From the IMG/VR virus record IMGVR_UViG_3300044833_000092, positions 3,541-67,540 of that record: a stretch of DNA of 64,000 nucleotides. One strand, 5' to 3'. A model generated the notes under the pieces. The model ran no database searches and was not told the DNA's origin. It saw only the letters and a program-made list of their open reading frames with translations. A program made the position numbers and the translations under genes. Shown piece by piece: positions 19,701 through 28,583 of the stretch. Each line of letters opens with the position of its first letter. Position 1 is the first letter of the stretch. This DNA is from a virus.

Positions 19701-20614
19701 CTGGCGTACTCGGCCGAACCGCGGCCGATTGGGAGGATACCACCGCTCGCGGCGGCTTGTTCCTGCACTTGCTGGAACAGGACTACACTCCCGCGGCCGC
19801 TCGGGCCATTGTCGATAAGACCGTCTACGGCGGCGCTCAGTTCACGCCGTTCGAGAAAGGTTTCGTGCGCCGGCTGATGCCGTTCTACGGCTACACCAAG
19901 TACGTCATTCCCCAGCAGTTGACCAACATCGCCAATTACCCTGGCGGCCTTGCTGCCCAGGGCATCCGCATGGCCAATGCCCAGCGGGATCAGGCCGGCT
20001 ACCTGCCGGAGTATCTTGCTGGCGGCTTGGCCATCCCGATCGGCCAGCAGGAGGACGGCACGCAACGCTACCTCTCCAAGCTCGACATGCCGTGGGAAAT
20101 GCCGTTCAACATGGTGAAGCCGGGCGGTAACGTATCCTCGACCATCACCGGCACCGGCATGGGCCTCCTGGGCCAGATGAATCCATTGCTCAAGGGCGCT
20201 CTGGAGGTTGCGACCAATCGTCAGTTCTACACTGGCCGCGATCTGGATACGCTTCAGCGCACGCTGACCGGCGTGCCGGCGATCGACAACCTGTTCTACA
20301 ACAGTCCGGCAGCGCGCGTTTTGACGACCGGCGGCACTCTGGCCGACGTGCGCAAGGACGTGCCAACGAAGCTGCTGGGATTGACGACGGGAGTTAAGCT
20401 GACCGATGTAGACATGAACCGCGAGCGTGCCTTTGGTACGCTCGCGGCCGTGAAGGATTATTTGGCTCACGATCCAAACGCTGCCCAGCACGTCAACTAC
20501 ACACCGGCGAAGGGGCAGGAGTTAACGCCCCAAGAAGTGCAGGTGTTCCAGTTGCTCAAGCAGTTGCAGGCCCAGGCGACTCACGCCGCGGCCGCGGCCA
20601 AGAAGGGCGGATAG
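16724..20614 (+). CDS. Large internal virion / ejection protein (large polyvalent protein-like)
   Basis: 1296 aa, Ala/Gly-rich; FHVRN, RRLMPFYGY, NPLLKGALEVATNRQFYTGR motifs typical of large ejected proteins. Confidence 0.7.
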   Translation: MSVDFDSLVADPFTYIRNKQAMDQQAAAEQDAANKSAIAQPMGPQEQDGLLKQMLGAGASGLGFVGGTLGKLFGGRAIRAGLQGLTGGPMNWRELASVIPGSDITGLTDPEQTVTGRNLLDQWGMTSPTTQDQRGTFQLSDLAGPAVEAALDPATYLAFGAGASTKAGQAAERLGVLPKTTAARIAGYTAPEQIAAKMGMTPAAAAAKAAEVGVDLKSLVGKPLGGLVGLKLPFTTAADSGAILGTGPWAQKAAETIGTPFKWLGSTRAADYARAMFNPEAQGQPYASTQAELIAQAPYTRTAGENLRRGIGEAYDPLLDFRAAGTLPPEYAPMVRGAAEGFGVPGPQLEGVSDAIAQAAAQASALKDAARQRFESAGGQISSWGSVFPDVQHFPRSPTPLEVQSPIFRGSGPTENLGKQFYAGVPNAIQRKDILDLPGGTAQVNELVRNPAIGTSARTIGAAPGSPLDKLMNVPGHADAITAKLQAAMGAFAPADQLQMQALMAADKAGSLAPADAVILDGLRKQYLASRAAMMGTIREDVLGMKPVDVTQLLALRKAPGPLTAADAARLAELEGMEANARMIGGRMSRMYAERATGTLGDPAADIIPGVSRSLQDRAAEEYLRSQVFQLDPQRLAELTNEAGLDPGSVAAWASSKPSERAATLQGLQMPGKSGVGNLISETGRILTPAEAQELLSSGHLDRIARPLAKYLGQLDPQRQTRGLFSNDPFSDLLRYGESMVKGTEKADVVTNVLGRNAAFGGAGNVKLQPLLKELKLNTPVAQARIMEQMNAAGGLPGGVAGKLGDIGKARVSPQIAEAIQALNPRTKMPEYIKPTLAAIDQATGATRAALTYPWPSFHVRNLVTDEVNSLMRVGPGGIKWGPTAQALSQGKNPEALLSLPMIQRLGITDPAEAARVVGREAFATQAFGRGQGRLTTEGMQSAERGILPAIPGAIPSASLADIGSGKVLPKDWSFNPARTEGILGQTETKFAPGVLGRTAADWEDTTARGGLFLHLLEQDYTPAAARAIVDKTVYGGAQFTPFEKGFVRRLMPFYGYTKYVIPQQLTNIANYPGGLAAQGIRMANAQRDQAGYLPEYLAGGLAIPIGQQEDGTQRYLSKLDMPWEMPFNMVKPGGNVSSTITGTGMGLLGQMNPLLKGALEVATNRQFYTGRDLDTLQRTLTGVPAIDNLFYNSPAARVLTTGGTLADVRKDVPTKLLGLTTGVKLTDVDMNRERAFGTLAAVKDYLAHDPNAAQHVNYTPAKGQELTPQEVQVFQLLKQLQAQATHAAAAAKKGG

Positions 20615-20616
20615 GC

Positions 20617-20967
20617 TCACGACTCCGGCGCAAGGACCGCGGTGACTGCAATGTCGTAGAAGCTCCCGTCGCCCAGCAAGTCAATTCCCAGGCCGACAGC
20701 GCGGAAGAGCGGCGTGCAGCGATAGCTCAAGACCGCGCTATTGGCCAAGCCGTCGCCGAAGCGGACGACGTAGCCGTTGGCACCACCGACGCACTCGATG
20801 GTGTAACTGCCGCCGAGAATGCCCCAGGAGTCGTTGCCGCTCCCGCCGGAGGGCGGCATGAGCCAAGGTAGCTGGTCGATCCGGTCGGGGTGTTCGCCAT
20901 CGACGCTGGTTATGTTCACGTTCAACGAGACAGTGGAGTCGATGAGTGGACACGCAGCAGCACGCAT
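20617..20967 (-). CDS. Hypothetical protein
   Basis: GGAGG SD before ATG 20967; TGnTATACT extended -10 near 21082-21090. Confidence 0.55.
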   Translation of the reverse strand: MRAAACPLIDSTVSLNVNITSVDGEHPDRIDQLPWLMPPSGGSGNDSWGILGGSYTIECVGGANGYVVRFGDGLANSAVLSYRCTPLFRAVGLGIDLLGDGSFYDIAVTAVLAPES

Positions 20968-21121
20968 AATGAGTCCTCCAAGAATGGGCCGGGAAATGAC
21001 GATGGCGGGGATGTTGCCGAGGCACCCCCGCCACCTAGCGTTCCTATTCCGATACCGACCGGAAGTCAGAGCGCTGAGAACAGTATAGCAACAAGGGTGG
21101 TGGAAATCCACCACCCTTGTT

Positions 21122-21394
21122 TTACTTCACCCGCCTGGGCGAACCGTCCGGCATGGCGATGCCCGACAGTTGCGTTGAGCCGGCATCCTCGGGACCGTTG
21201 TAGACAGGCCAGAGCCCGCTCAGCAGCGTGCCGCAGCGTGGACAAGTGTGGCAATGGAAGTCGTTGGCGCAGCTATCAGCGTGCTGCCAGACGTGGCCGC
21301 ACTTTTGGTTGCTGCACTTGTGCTTGTGAATGCTCACTTTCAGCGGCTCAGTCTGAACCTTCTTGGGCTTCGCTGCTCTCGGCATAGCTGCCAT
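21122..21394 (-). CDS. Zn-ribbon protein
   Basis: CSNQKCGHVW...CPRCG. Confidence 0.6.
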   Translation of the reverse strand: MAAMPRAAKPKKVQTEPLKVSIHKHKCSNQKCGHVWQHADSCANDFHCHTCPRCGTLLSGLWPVYNGPEDAGSTQLSGIAMPDGSPRRVK

Positions 21395-21432
21395 CCTTCC
21401 TGTTGGCCTTCCTATTGGTGCGCCGCAATAGC

Positions 21433-22050
21433 CTAGAGCCCCAGGGCCTCGGCCAAGTTCGTGACCAGCTCGTCGCCGACGATCGTGCCTCCCACCGCCT
21501 TGGCCCGGCGCTCCGTCTCTACCACGGCGCGTACGCTGGCCAGCATAGCTTCCACGGTCCGCAGTTTCTTGGTGACTTGGCGTTCGGCCTCATGGGCCGC
21601 CGTGGCTGAGGCGGCGTGGTAGTGGTAGGCCGCCTCACACTGATCGAGCAACCTGACGATCGTGTCGCCGGCGGCGTAGGTCGGGCCGCCGCCGAGGACA
21701 AAGCGCAGATCGTGCAGGGCGGCCAGCGGCGTGGGCGGCACAAGCTGCGGCACGACCAGCAAGCCGGTCATGGGGGCCAATCGCCTCATCGCTTCGGTGA
21801 TGGCTTCGGCGATGCGGTACAAGTCCGTGGGCGTGAATGCCCCGTCGCAGACGGCCTCGCCGTCCGGCGTCAGCTCGACGGTATCGCCTGTGTCGCTCTC
21901 GTCGTCCCATTCCTTGAGAAGCTCGTTGCGCACCTGCTCGCACGCGGAGTATATCTCTGGCCCCCATTTTGCCTGAACAGGGGCAATGTCGGCTAGAGCT
22001 TCGGCGTCCTCATCGGACAAACTGCCAGATGGAATCTGTTCGTCGGCCAT
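21433..22050 (-). CDS. Hypothetical protein
   Basis: GGAG SD; coherent ORF. Confidence 0.6.
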   Translation of the reverse strand: MADEQIPSGSLSDEDAEALADIAPVQAKWGPEIYSACEQVRNELLKEWDDESDTGDTVELTPDGEAVCDGAFTPTDLYRIAEAITEAMRRLAPMTGLLVVPQLVPPTPLAALHDLRFVLGGGPTYAAGDTIVRLLDQCEAAYHYHAASATAAHEAERQVTKKLRTVEAMLASVRAVVETERRAKAVGGTIVGDELVTNLAEALGL

Positions 22051-22164
22051 TTGTCTTGCTCCGTTAGGTGTGAAAATGGTCCCCGGTTGGTCGCATTTAT
22101 TTGCTCCGCTTCACCCATAGGTAGCGACTGCGGATAACCTTTCGGTACAACCGGGGCCGGGCAT

Positions 22165-22383
22165 CTACTTGCGAACCTTGATCGTGCAAAGGCCCTTGCG
22201 GGCTGGAATCTCGTCGCCCTTGACCCACTTGCCGGCGCTGCTGAGGCCGTCAACGCTCTCCTGATCCAGCTTGACGGGATACCATTCGTCCTTCTCTGTG
22301 TCGAATGCTTCAAGGGCCACGGCGTCGTAAGTGCCCTTGCGCTTGTCCGTGACTGTCAGCTTGTCGCCCTTCTTAACCTTCAT
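22165..22383 (-). CDS. Small basic hypothetical protein
   Basis: GAGGAGG SD; MKVKKGDKLTV. Confidence 0.65.
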   Translation of the reverse strand: MKVKKGDKLTVTDKRKGTYDAVALEAFDTEKDEWYPVKLDQESVDGLSSAGKWVKGDEIPARKGLCTIKVRK

Positions 22384-22399
22384 CGCAACCTCCTCTTGG

Positions 22400-22867
22400 T
22401 TAAAGATCGTTCCAACCATTTTTATCCGCCACAGCCTCCGGCGGCAGCGCCGGCTCGAAGAAGTGAAAGACGTACGTTGGCCCATCGGGCGGCCCCCGCC
22501 AGAACCCTAGCGTCACCTGGGCGTTGCCGACGAAGCGTATGCGGTCGATCATCAGGTTGACCACGCCGCGATTGTCGATCTTGCCGGTCATGTACTTCTC
22601 GGAAATTGAGCCCGGCGCAGCCACCGACGAGCTGACGTGCAGGTAGTTGCCGAAACTGTAATGGTCCACCGAGACGATCATGCGCAAGCCGTCGTGGAAG
22701 TCAAAGACGTTGCTGCGGTACAGGCCGGGGCGATCGAACTCTTTGTCCACAGGTTGGCCACGCTGATCCAAGGGCGGCTCGAACCTGTACCAGTTCCAGA
22801 CTTTCTCCACCGCTTGCGGCCAGCGGCGGCGTGCCAGGGTGGCGCTCTCGGGCTCGATCGGCAACAT
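22400..22867 (-). CDS. Hypothetical protein
   Basis: AGGAGG SD; LRMIVSVD...YLHVS resembles 26084-26503. Confidence 0.55.
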   Translation of the reverse strand: MLPIEPESATLARRRWPQAVEKVWNWYRFEPPLDQRGQPVDKEFDRPGLYRSNVFDFHDGLRMIVSVDHYSFGNYLHVSSSVAAPGSISEKYMTGKIDNRGVVNLMIDRIRFVGNAQVTLGFWRGPPDGPTYVFHFFEPALPPEAVADKNGWNDL

Positions 22868-22878
22868 GGCGTGACCTC

Positions 22879-23253
22879 CTAGTTTCGGCAATACTGCGAC
22901 GGCGTGTACCGCGACTTGGCGGTGAAGATTTTCACGTCCCAACAGTGAACCTGATGCTCGCCCAATTCAACCTTGGCGTTGATGACTTCGGCTACCGCGT
23001 GAGCAAACTGGTGATAGAAGCCCTGTTCATTCCAGGGCTCAGGGAGCTTTTCGGCCAAGCGGATTTGCTCCGTCAGCATCCTGGCCATTGCGCCTCCGAC
23101 CAGGGCGCGGGTGCAATAATCGGCCACGGCTGTGACACGTTGGGCCGTTGGCAAAGTCAGGCCGTTCGTCTGGACTGTGAGCATGAAAATGTCCGCGCAC
23201 CACAGGCGGCATTGCTCGACGGCCTGTTTCATCTTCACTTCGATATCGGGCAT
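22879..23253 (-). CDS. Hypothetical protein
   Basis: GGAGGGG SD just downstream of motif A. Confidence 0.6.
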   Translation of the reverse strand: MPDIEVKMKQAVEQCRLWCADIFMLTVQTNGLTLPTAQRVTAVADYCTRALVGGAMARMLTEQIRLAEKLPEPWNEQGFYHQFAHAVAEVINAKVELGEHQVHCWDVKIFTAKSRYTPSQYCRN

Positions 23254-23464
23254 GATTCCCCTCCGTAGAGGGGTGGTGGAAATCCACCACCCCTGGATTT
23301 CGTTCAGTCCGTGTGGCGAAAGTCGTGGGCCGTGGCTAACGGAACCGGCCGCCGCCAAAGGAACGCTTCAACCCGCTCGCTGCCCTCATCGACAAGCTCG
23401 GCCGTGAAGCCGTAGCGTTTGAGTGCATCGCGCAGGTGGCTGTTGAGTACGTCGTACAAGCCTA

Positions 23465-23821
23465 TCATCTTGTACTGGAGCTTTGCAAGGCGCACGAACT
23501 CTCGGAAGTGGCCCTGGCGTTTTCTATGGACGCTATCGCCAGAATGTCCAGGCGCTCGCCACCGTCCGTGACTCGGGCCAAGCCCTTGAGTCCCAATGGC
23601 GAATGGAAGTTCATCCAAGCCGTTCCGCCAAAGAGGCGTGCGAATAAGTCGGACACCATGTCTGCCGTCAAGGGGCCGATGACATTGAACTCGGCCGAGA
23701 GTGCTGTTACGTCGGCCGCCGCGGCCGCTATGTCGCCCTTGTCGAAGCCTACGGTGCGTACCGGGATGCCGATGGCTTCCAGAGAAAGGATCATGCCGCT
23801 CAGGTCGTCATTCGTCATCAT
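23465..23821 (-). CDS. Hypothetical protein
   Basis: GGAGG SD; overlaps helicase stop. Confidence 0.55.
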   Translation of the reverse strand: MMTNDDLSGMILSLEAIGIPVRTVGFDKGDIAAAAADVTALSAEFNVIGPLTADMVSDLFARLFGGTAWMNFHSPLGLKGLARVTDGGERLDILAIASIENARATSESSCALQSSSTR

Positions 23822-26087
23822 CGATTTCCGCCTCCATTTCTTTGAGCAGAGCGCTGATATCGTCAGCGTCCAAGTCCTCATCGTCCTCATCGTCGCCCAT
23901 GTCCTTCTCCAGGCTGGCCAGGGCGTTCCACGTCTCCTCATCGTAGTCGAGGGCGTCCGCTCGGAATATGTCTGCCGGGTCGGACAGGTCGCCCTGCTCG
24001 GCCAGCGAGCCCCACAGTTGCACGGCCGCTCCGGGGAGCATGTCGTCAATGGCCTTGGCCAGGGCCATCTGCATACTCACGTCGTCGCCGCCCATCGCTA
24101 CCAAGCCGTCCTCAGTGAACTTGCCTTCCAGGCTTTGAGCGGCCGCCAGCTTCTTGCCCATCAACTGCATGGCCGCCTCTTGAATGGTGCCTTCGTAGTA
24201 CAGGTAGTGGACCCGGCACTCCAGCTTCTGGCCGATGCGCCAGCTACGGGCGGCCGCTTGCCGCAGCGTGAACAAGTTGTAGCCCGTCTCATAAAAGATC
24301 AGGGTCGGGAAGTTGTGGCCCCCTTTCTTGTCGAACAGGTCCAGGCCGGTTTCTACCAGCTTGGGATGACTGACGACCACCTGATAGCGGCCGCCCTTGT
24401 TGTTGATCCAATGCTCGCGGTCGGTGGACTTGACCGATGAACGCAAAGCGATCGCCCGGACCCCGGCGTCGTTGACGATATCCACGATGCGGCTGAGTAC
24501 ATCGTGAGTGTCGGTGTTCTGGACGTAGACCCATACCTGTCGGCCGCTGGCGACTTCGGCTTTGATAAGCTCCAAGAGCTTCTTCTCTTTCGGCCGCAGC
24601 TTCTCGTGCAGGGTGATCGGCTGCACCACCGGCACGAAGAACTTGCCTTCCGGATTCCGCGGCGTGGGTTCGCCCCGCCGCCAGTAGCCGACCATCGGCC
24701 AGTTGAACGGATAGTCGATCCAGCAGAGCAAGGTCTGGAGCAAGGCCCCGAGCAGCGAGCGGTCGCCGTTGCGGATCAGTTCGCGGTTGGCTTCCCGTAG
24801 CTCCGTGTCGATGCGGAGATACTCTTTGGCCTGATCCGCGTCCGGCAGGATCGGCCAAGTGAACTCGCGCAGCTTTGGCAACTGGTCGCTGATCTGCTCC
24901 AGTTCCATGTAAGCCGTCACGCCCAGCAGGTGCCGGCCGAACAGCAAGGGTGAGACGCCGGGCCGGACGTACTCGGCGACGTTACGGCCCTTGGACTTGC
25001 CGCGGCCATGCTTGCCCGTCACTGTGGTTTCGCCGCTCGTCTCGGTCGTGACCCGCTCGATGCGGCCGTAGCGCTTGTCGAACAGGCCGGGATTGTTCCA
25101 GCCCAGCCCTTCGGCCAGCAGCGTCCGCGGATTCAGGCGGAACAGCAGCGGCCGGACGTGGTTGGCCAAGCCGCCGATCAGCGTGCCGGTCAGTGCCAGA
25201 GTCTTGCGACAGGCGGCCGCCATGCAGCCGGCCGCCTCGCCCTGCTCCGACGTGGCGCTCTTCTCTTCGTGGGCCTCATCGAGGACGAAGTAGTGGAAGT
25301 AATTCCGCAAACGCTTGTGGATGAACTTGTCTGGAGCGAAGCGGTCCAGGCCGCCGGCTTGCTTGCCCTTGTGCTGCCAAAGGCGCTCGCCGCACTCGGC
25401 CACGGTTTCGATCATGCCGTTGGGGCCGCCGCGTTGGCCGCGGGCCTTGCGCTTGCTGACGAAGTTCTTGCACGTCCGCTGGGCCTTGGCGAAATACTCC
25501 GGCGGCAGGAAGTTGCCATCCCTGTCCTTCTGTGGCAAGCCGCACTTCGGACAGCGCTGGCCCGGCCGCAGCTTGCGCAGCTTCTTGAAGCGCGTTGAGG
25601 CTGGCCGCCACTCCGCGCCCAGCTTGATCTTGTCGCGGCCGATGACGAACCACTCCGGGCACGTCGGCGCGATGCGGCGCTTGGCGTAGAGCTTCGGCAG
25701 CATCTTGCAGGAGTCCAGCATCGTCACCCTGGCGTCGGGGATCGTCGCCAGGATTTCCGCCTTCCACTTGTGAACCAAGTGGCCGGGGCACATCACGATC
25801 GCCCGGTACGGCTTGCCCTTGGCGTCCATGTCGGCGGTGACGATGGCCATGAAGGTCTTGCCGGTGCCCATCTTCGAGCAGAGCAAGATGCCGGGCTCGC
25901 GGGGAATGGCGGCCACCAGTCCGGCTATCAGGTGAGCCTGACTCGGGAACGGCTTGCGCTTGTAGCGCGAGAAGTCCGGCAGCGGATCGCGCCCCGGAAC
26001 GTGCAGGGGATTCAGGGCGCTCTCGGCGTTGTTGCCGAGCAGAGAGCCGTAGGTGGCCAGGTATTCATCGAGCGTGGTTGCGTTCAT
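23808..26087 (-). CDS. SF2 / SNF2-related helicase with Zn ribbon
   Basis: MGTGKT Walker A, DEAH, LTGT, TGLDL, QAAARSWRIGQ; CPKC insert. Confidence 0.9.
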   Translation of the reverse strand: MNATTLDEYLATYGSLLGNNAESALNPLHVPGRDPLPDFSRYKRKPFPSQAHLIAGLVAAIPREPGILLCSKMGTGKTFMAIVTADMDAKGKPYRAIVMCPGHLVHKWKAEILATIPDARVTMLDSCKMLPKLYAKRRIAPTCPEWFVIGRDKIKLGAEWRPASTRFKKLRKLRPGQRCPKCGLPQKDRDGNFLPPEYFAKAQRTCKNFVSKRKARGQRGGPNGMIETVAECGERLWQHKGKQAGGLDRFAPDKFIHKRLRNYFHYFVLDEAHEEKSATSEQGEAAGCMAAACRKTLALTGTLIGGLANHVRPLLFRLNPRTLLAEGLGWNNPGLFDKRYGRIERVTTETSGETTVTGKHGRGKSKGRNVAEYVRPGVSPLLFGRHLLGVTAYMELEQISDQLPKLREFTWPILPDADQAKEYLRIDTELREANRELIRNGDRSLLGALLQTLLCWIDYPFNWPMVGYWRRGEPTPRNPEGKFFVPVVQPITLHEKLRPKEKKLLELIKAEVASGRQVWVYVQNTDTHDVLSRIVDIVNDAGVRAIALRSSVKSTDREHWINNKGGRYQVVVSHPKLVETGLDLFDKKGGHNFPTLIFYETGYNLFTLRQAAARSWRIGQKLECRVHYLYYEGTIQEAAMQLMGKKLAAAQSLEGKFTEDGLVAMGGDDVSMQMALAKAIDDMLPGAAVQLWGSLAEQGDLSDPADIFRADALDYDEETWNALASLEKDMGDDEDDEDLDADDISALLKEMEAEIDDDE

Positions 26088-26503
26088 GGCTTGTCAATTC
26101 TCCCTTCGGTTGACTCGAACAGGTGCAGGGTCGTGGGGTGGATATCGACGTACTCAGCGCCGCCTGTGCGTCGCGGGAAGATCAGGACCATTGGAATGTC
26201 CGCCTGGATCAGGCGATACATCGCGTGCTTCAACTCGTCCCAGGTGGGCACGCGATCCGGCTTGCCCTGCTTGTCGCGGTGCGAGAGCGACAGGTGCCAG
26301 AGCGGGCGGCCCTGGAACACCATGTCATGGCTGACCAGGGCGACGAGGGCTCCGTCGTCTACGTCGGCCATGTAACCTTTGGGATCAGCCGCTTGTTTGC
26401 CGACGAATCTCTCTATCTGCTCCGGCGGCATTGGAATCCTGTACCAGCGGATGCCGCGAACCTTTTCGCTGATGGTGCCGGGTATGCCAGCTTGACGCTC
26501 CAT
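26084..26503 (-). CDS. Conserved phage hypothetical protein
   Basis: WHLSLSH...RVPTWDELK...EYVDIHPTTLHL motif; GGAGG SD. Confidence 0.7.
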   Translation of the reverse strand: MERQAGIPGTISEKVRGIRWYRIPMPPEQIERFVGKQAADPKGYMADVDDGALVALVSHDMVFQGRPLWHLSLSHRDKQGKPDRVPTWDELKHAMYRLIQADIPMVLIFPRRTGGAEYVDIHPTTLHLFESTEGRIDKP

Positions 26504-26583
26504 CGGACCCTCCGTTTGCAAGGGTGGTGGAAATCCACCACCTGACCTGAAAGCTATTGCGGCGCACCAATAGGCGGACGAGT

Positions 26584-27273
26584 CTACACAATCTTGATCG
26601 CCTTGTCCATCAGGCCCTTGCGGACGATCTTGTCCAGTTGCTCGTCCTCGGCCACCATGTAGGCGCAGTCGCAGCCGTAGCACTTGGCCTTAACGATCAG
26701 TTCGTTTATGAGCATCTGTTCGCAGATATAACCGGCCCATTCGCGGACGATCGGCGTGGTGAACCGGCCGTCGTTCAGTTCCTGCCAGACGGCTTCCTCG
26801 CTTAGCACCGGCATGAAGCCGGGTCGCTTGGACTTCAAGACCAAGTGGTAGGTGTTGAACCCCAAGCTGTGGGCAAACGCTTCGTAGCCGTAAGGCGAGC
26901 GTGTGAATGACGCCCCTGGAGCAATGCCGCTGCTGTAGTTACCGTCGCTGTGATCGACCCACAATTGGAACGTCACCTTGGGACTGTAGGCCACCGCCCG
27001 CAGAGCCTTGATAGAGCCCTGTGGACCGGCCACGCTCAGGTAGAGCAATTCTCTGCTGTAGTCCCTGGTGACGGCAGCGGCGTCGAAGGCGAAGCTGTGT
27101 TCGCATTCGGTGGCTGTGATTCTGAGTTGCCGGGTTTCTCGGCTGACGCTTCGAGTGGCGCTTCCAGCGCTGCTGCTGGGTTCTCGTCCAGGCCGTAGCC
27201 CGCCGGCATCTTGCCCGAGTGCAGGAGAATCTCGTACTCCTGTGCGTAAGTGCTGACTGTCATTAGCGACCAC
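26584..27273 (-). CDS. Conserved protein of methyltransferase-helicase modules; start unclear
   Basis: YLSVAGPQGSIKAL...FTTPIVREW; 5' part overlaps the recombinase and lacks a clear start. Confidence 0.55.
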   Translation of the reverse strand: MVANDSQHLRTGVRDSPALGQDAGGLRPGREPSSSAGSATRSVSRETRQLRITATECEHSFAFDAAAVTRDYSRELLYLSVAGPQGSIKALRAVAYSPKVTFQLWVDHSDGNYSSGIAPGASFTRSPYGYEAFAHSLGFNTYHLVLKSKRPGFMPVLSEEAVWQELNDGRFTTPIVREWAGYICEQMLINELIVKAKCYGCDCAYMVAEDEQLDKIVRKGLMDKAIKIV

Positions 27274-28010
27274 TTTTTCACTCCCTTTCTATTGGGGATT
27301 TTGGCCTCGAATAGTTTGTTGCCGATCGAACGCAACGTCTCGCCGTTGCAGCGCATAAGGTAGATGCGGCGCATCAGGCGCAACTCGTAATCGTTGACGA
27401 CCCAAACCCGGTGGTAAATATCGTGTCCCAGCTTCCTCTCACCCGTAGGCGTTTTCTTTACCATGAAGCCGTGAGGCGGGCTGGGCTTATGCACCAAACC
27501 CTGGCGCTCCTTCTCCGCCAGGACAGCCTTGACCCGCTCCCGGTTCAGGCTCCGCTCAAACTCCGCGAAGATGGACAGGAACGCCACCATCAAGCGACCC
27601 ATCGGATTGGACGTGTCGAGCCCATACTCAACGAAGTGGCAGTACACGCCCATCTTCTCCCAATGGTCGAGGGTGGCGAAGGTGTCCCCCATGTTGCGGA
27701 ATGCCCGGTCCGGCTTGGTGAAGATGATATGGTCCCCCGGTTGCACGGAGTCATAGACCACCTTGCCGGCCTTGCGTTGCCGGAACGGCACCCGCCCCGA
27801 CACTTCCTCATCGGCGAAGTAGCCGAGGTAGGTGCAGCCCAGCGCCTTGAGCCGCCATTCGACGTAACCCAGCAGTCGCTGCTCCTGGGCCTGGAGCGAA
27901 GTCTGCTGATGACCCGTCGATACCCGGCCGTAGGCAAAGACGCGGGCCGGCGGCGATGGCTCGCTGGCCACTTGAACCGATGGCTTCATGCTGCTCTTCT
28001 TGCGGGTCAC
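27036..28010 (-). CDS. Serine recombinase (resolvase domain plus partial recombinase domain)
   Basis: YGRVST catalytic motif, DEEVSG, KPDRAFR, GRLMVAFLSIFAEFERSLNRER. Confidence 0.9.
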   Translation of the reverse strand: MTRKKSSMKPSVQVASEPSPPARVFAYGRVSTGHQQTSLQAQEQRLLGYVEWRLKALGCTYLGYFADEEVSGRVPFRQRKAGKVVYDSVQPGDHIIFTKPDRAFRNMGDTFATLDHWEKMGVYCHFVEYGLDTSNPMGRLMVAFLSIFAEFERSLNRERVKAVLAEKERQGLVHKPSPPHGFMVKKTPTGERKLGHDIYHRVWVVNDYELRLMRRIYLMRCNGETLRSIGNKLFEAKIPNRKGVKKWSLMTVSTYAQEYEILLHSGKMPAGYGLDENPAAALEAPLEASAEKPGNSESQPPNANTASPSTPLPSPGTTAENCST

Positions 28011-28549
28011 GATCCTGCCCTCCTGACCTTACCCCGCGGCCGTGGCTCATCCTTGGCCGCAACGAACTGTTGGAAGTTGCCGCGGTTGACGGTGATGGCG
28101 CGCTTGGTGGCACGCTCATACTCGTTCCTCAGATTAGCCAACTCTTTGCTGACATGCTTTTCCAGTTCCTTAGCCTTGGCGATGACGCTCTGCACAGCCT
28201 TCTCGACCTTGGCGTCGTAGAGATACCAGTCGTGGCCACCCCAGGAGCGCACCCTGGCGCTGCCATCTTTCTTGGTGATGAAGCTTTTCTCCCAGGCCAC
28301 GGCCTCAAGCGCCTCGAAATCGCCAATGCTGATGCTGCCGCTCGGATCGTCAAAGCGCATGATTTTAATGCTGGCGTTGTGCCGCTTGAGCAGATCGTCC
28401 AGTTGCTTGATCGACGGCTTGATCTTCCAGCCGACTGACCAGAACATGGCGAAGCGGCCATCGGGCAGAAGGTACACCGGTGGATCGGTGGCTCGGAAGA
28501 GCTTGGCGTCAAACCCTTTGATCCGTTCTGTCTGTTTCGGTTCTGACAT
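28007..28549 (-). CDS. Hypothetical protein
   Basis: GGAG SD after motif A. Confidence 0.6.
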   Translation of the reverse strand: MSEPKQTERIKGFDAKLFRATDPPVYLLPDGRFAMFWSVGWKIKPSIKQLDDLLKRHNASIKIMRFDDPSGSISIGDFEALEAVAWEKSFITKKDGSARVRSWGGHDWYLYDAKVEKAVQSVIAKAKELEKHVSKELANLRNEYERATKRAITVNRGNFQQFVAAKDEPRPRGKVRRAGS

Positions 28550-28583
28550 GGCGATTCTCCCAGGTGGTGGAAATCCACCACCC

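Noticed and set aside
17411-20491. Long minus-strand ORFs (322, 343 and 700 aa)
   Set aside because: Antisense shadows of the GC-rich 1296-aa gene
27036-28010. Recombinase as proof of an integrated prophage
   Set aside because: Short for a large serine integrase; no att site or host genes visible in the window
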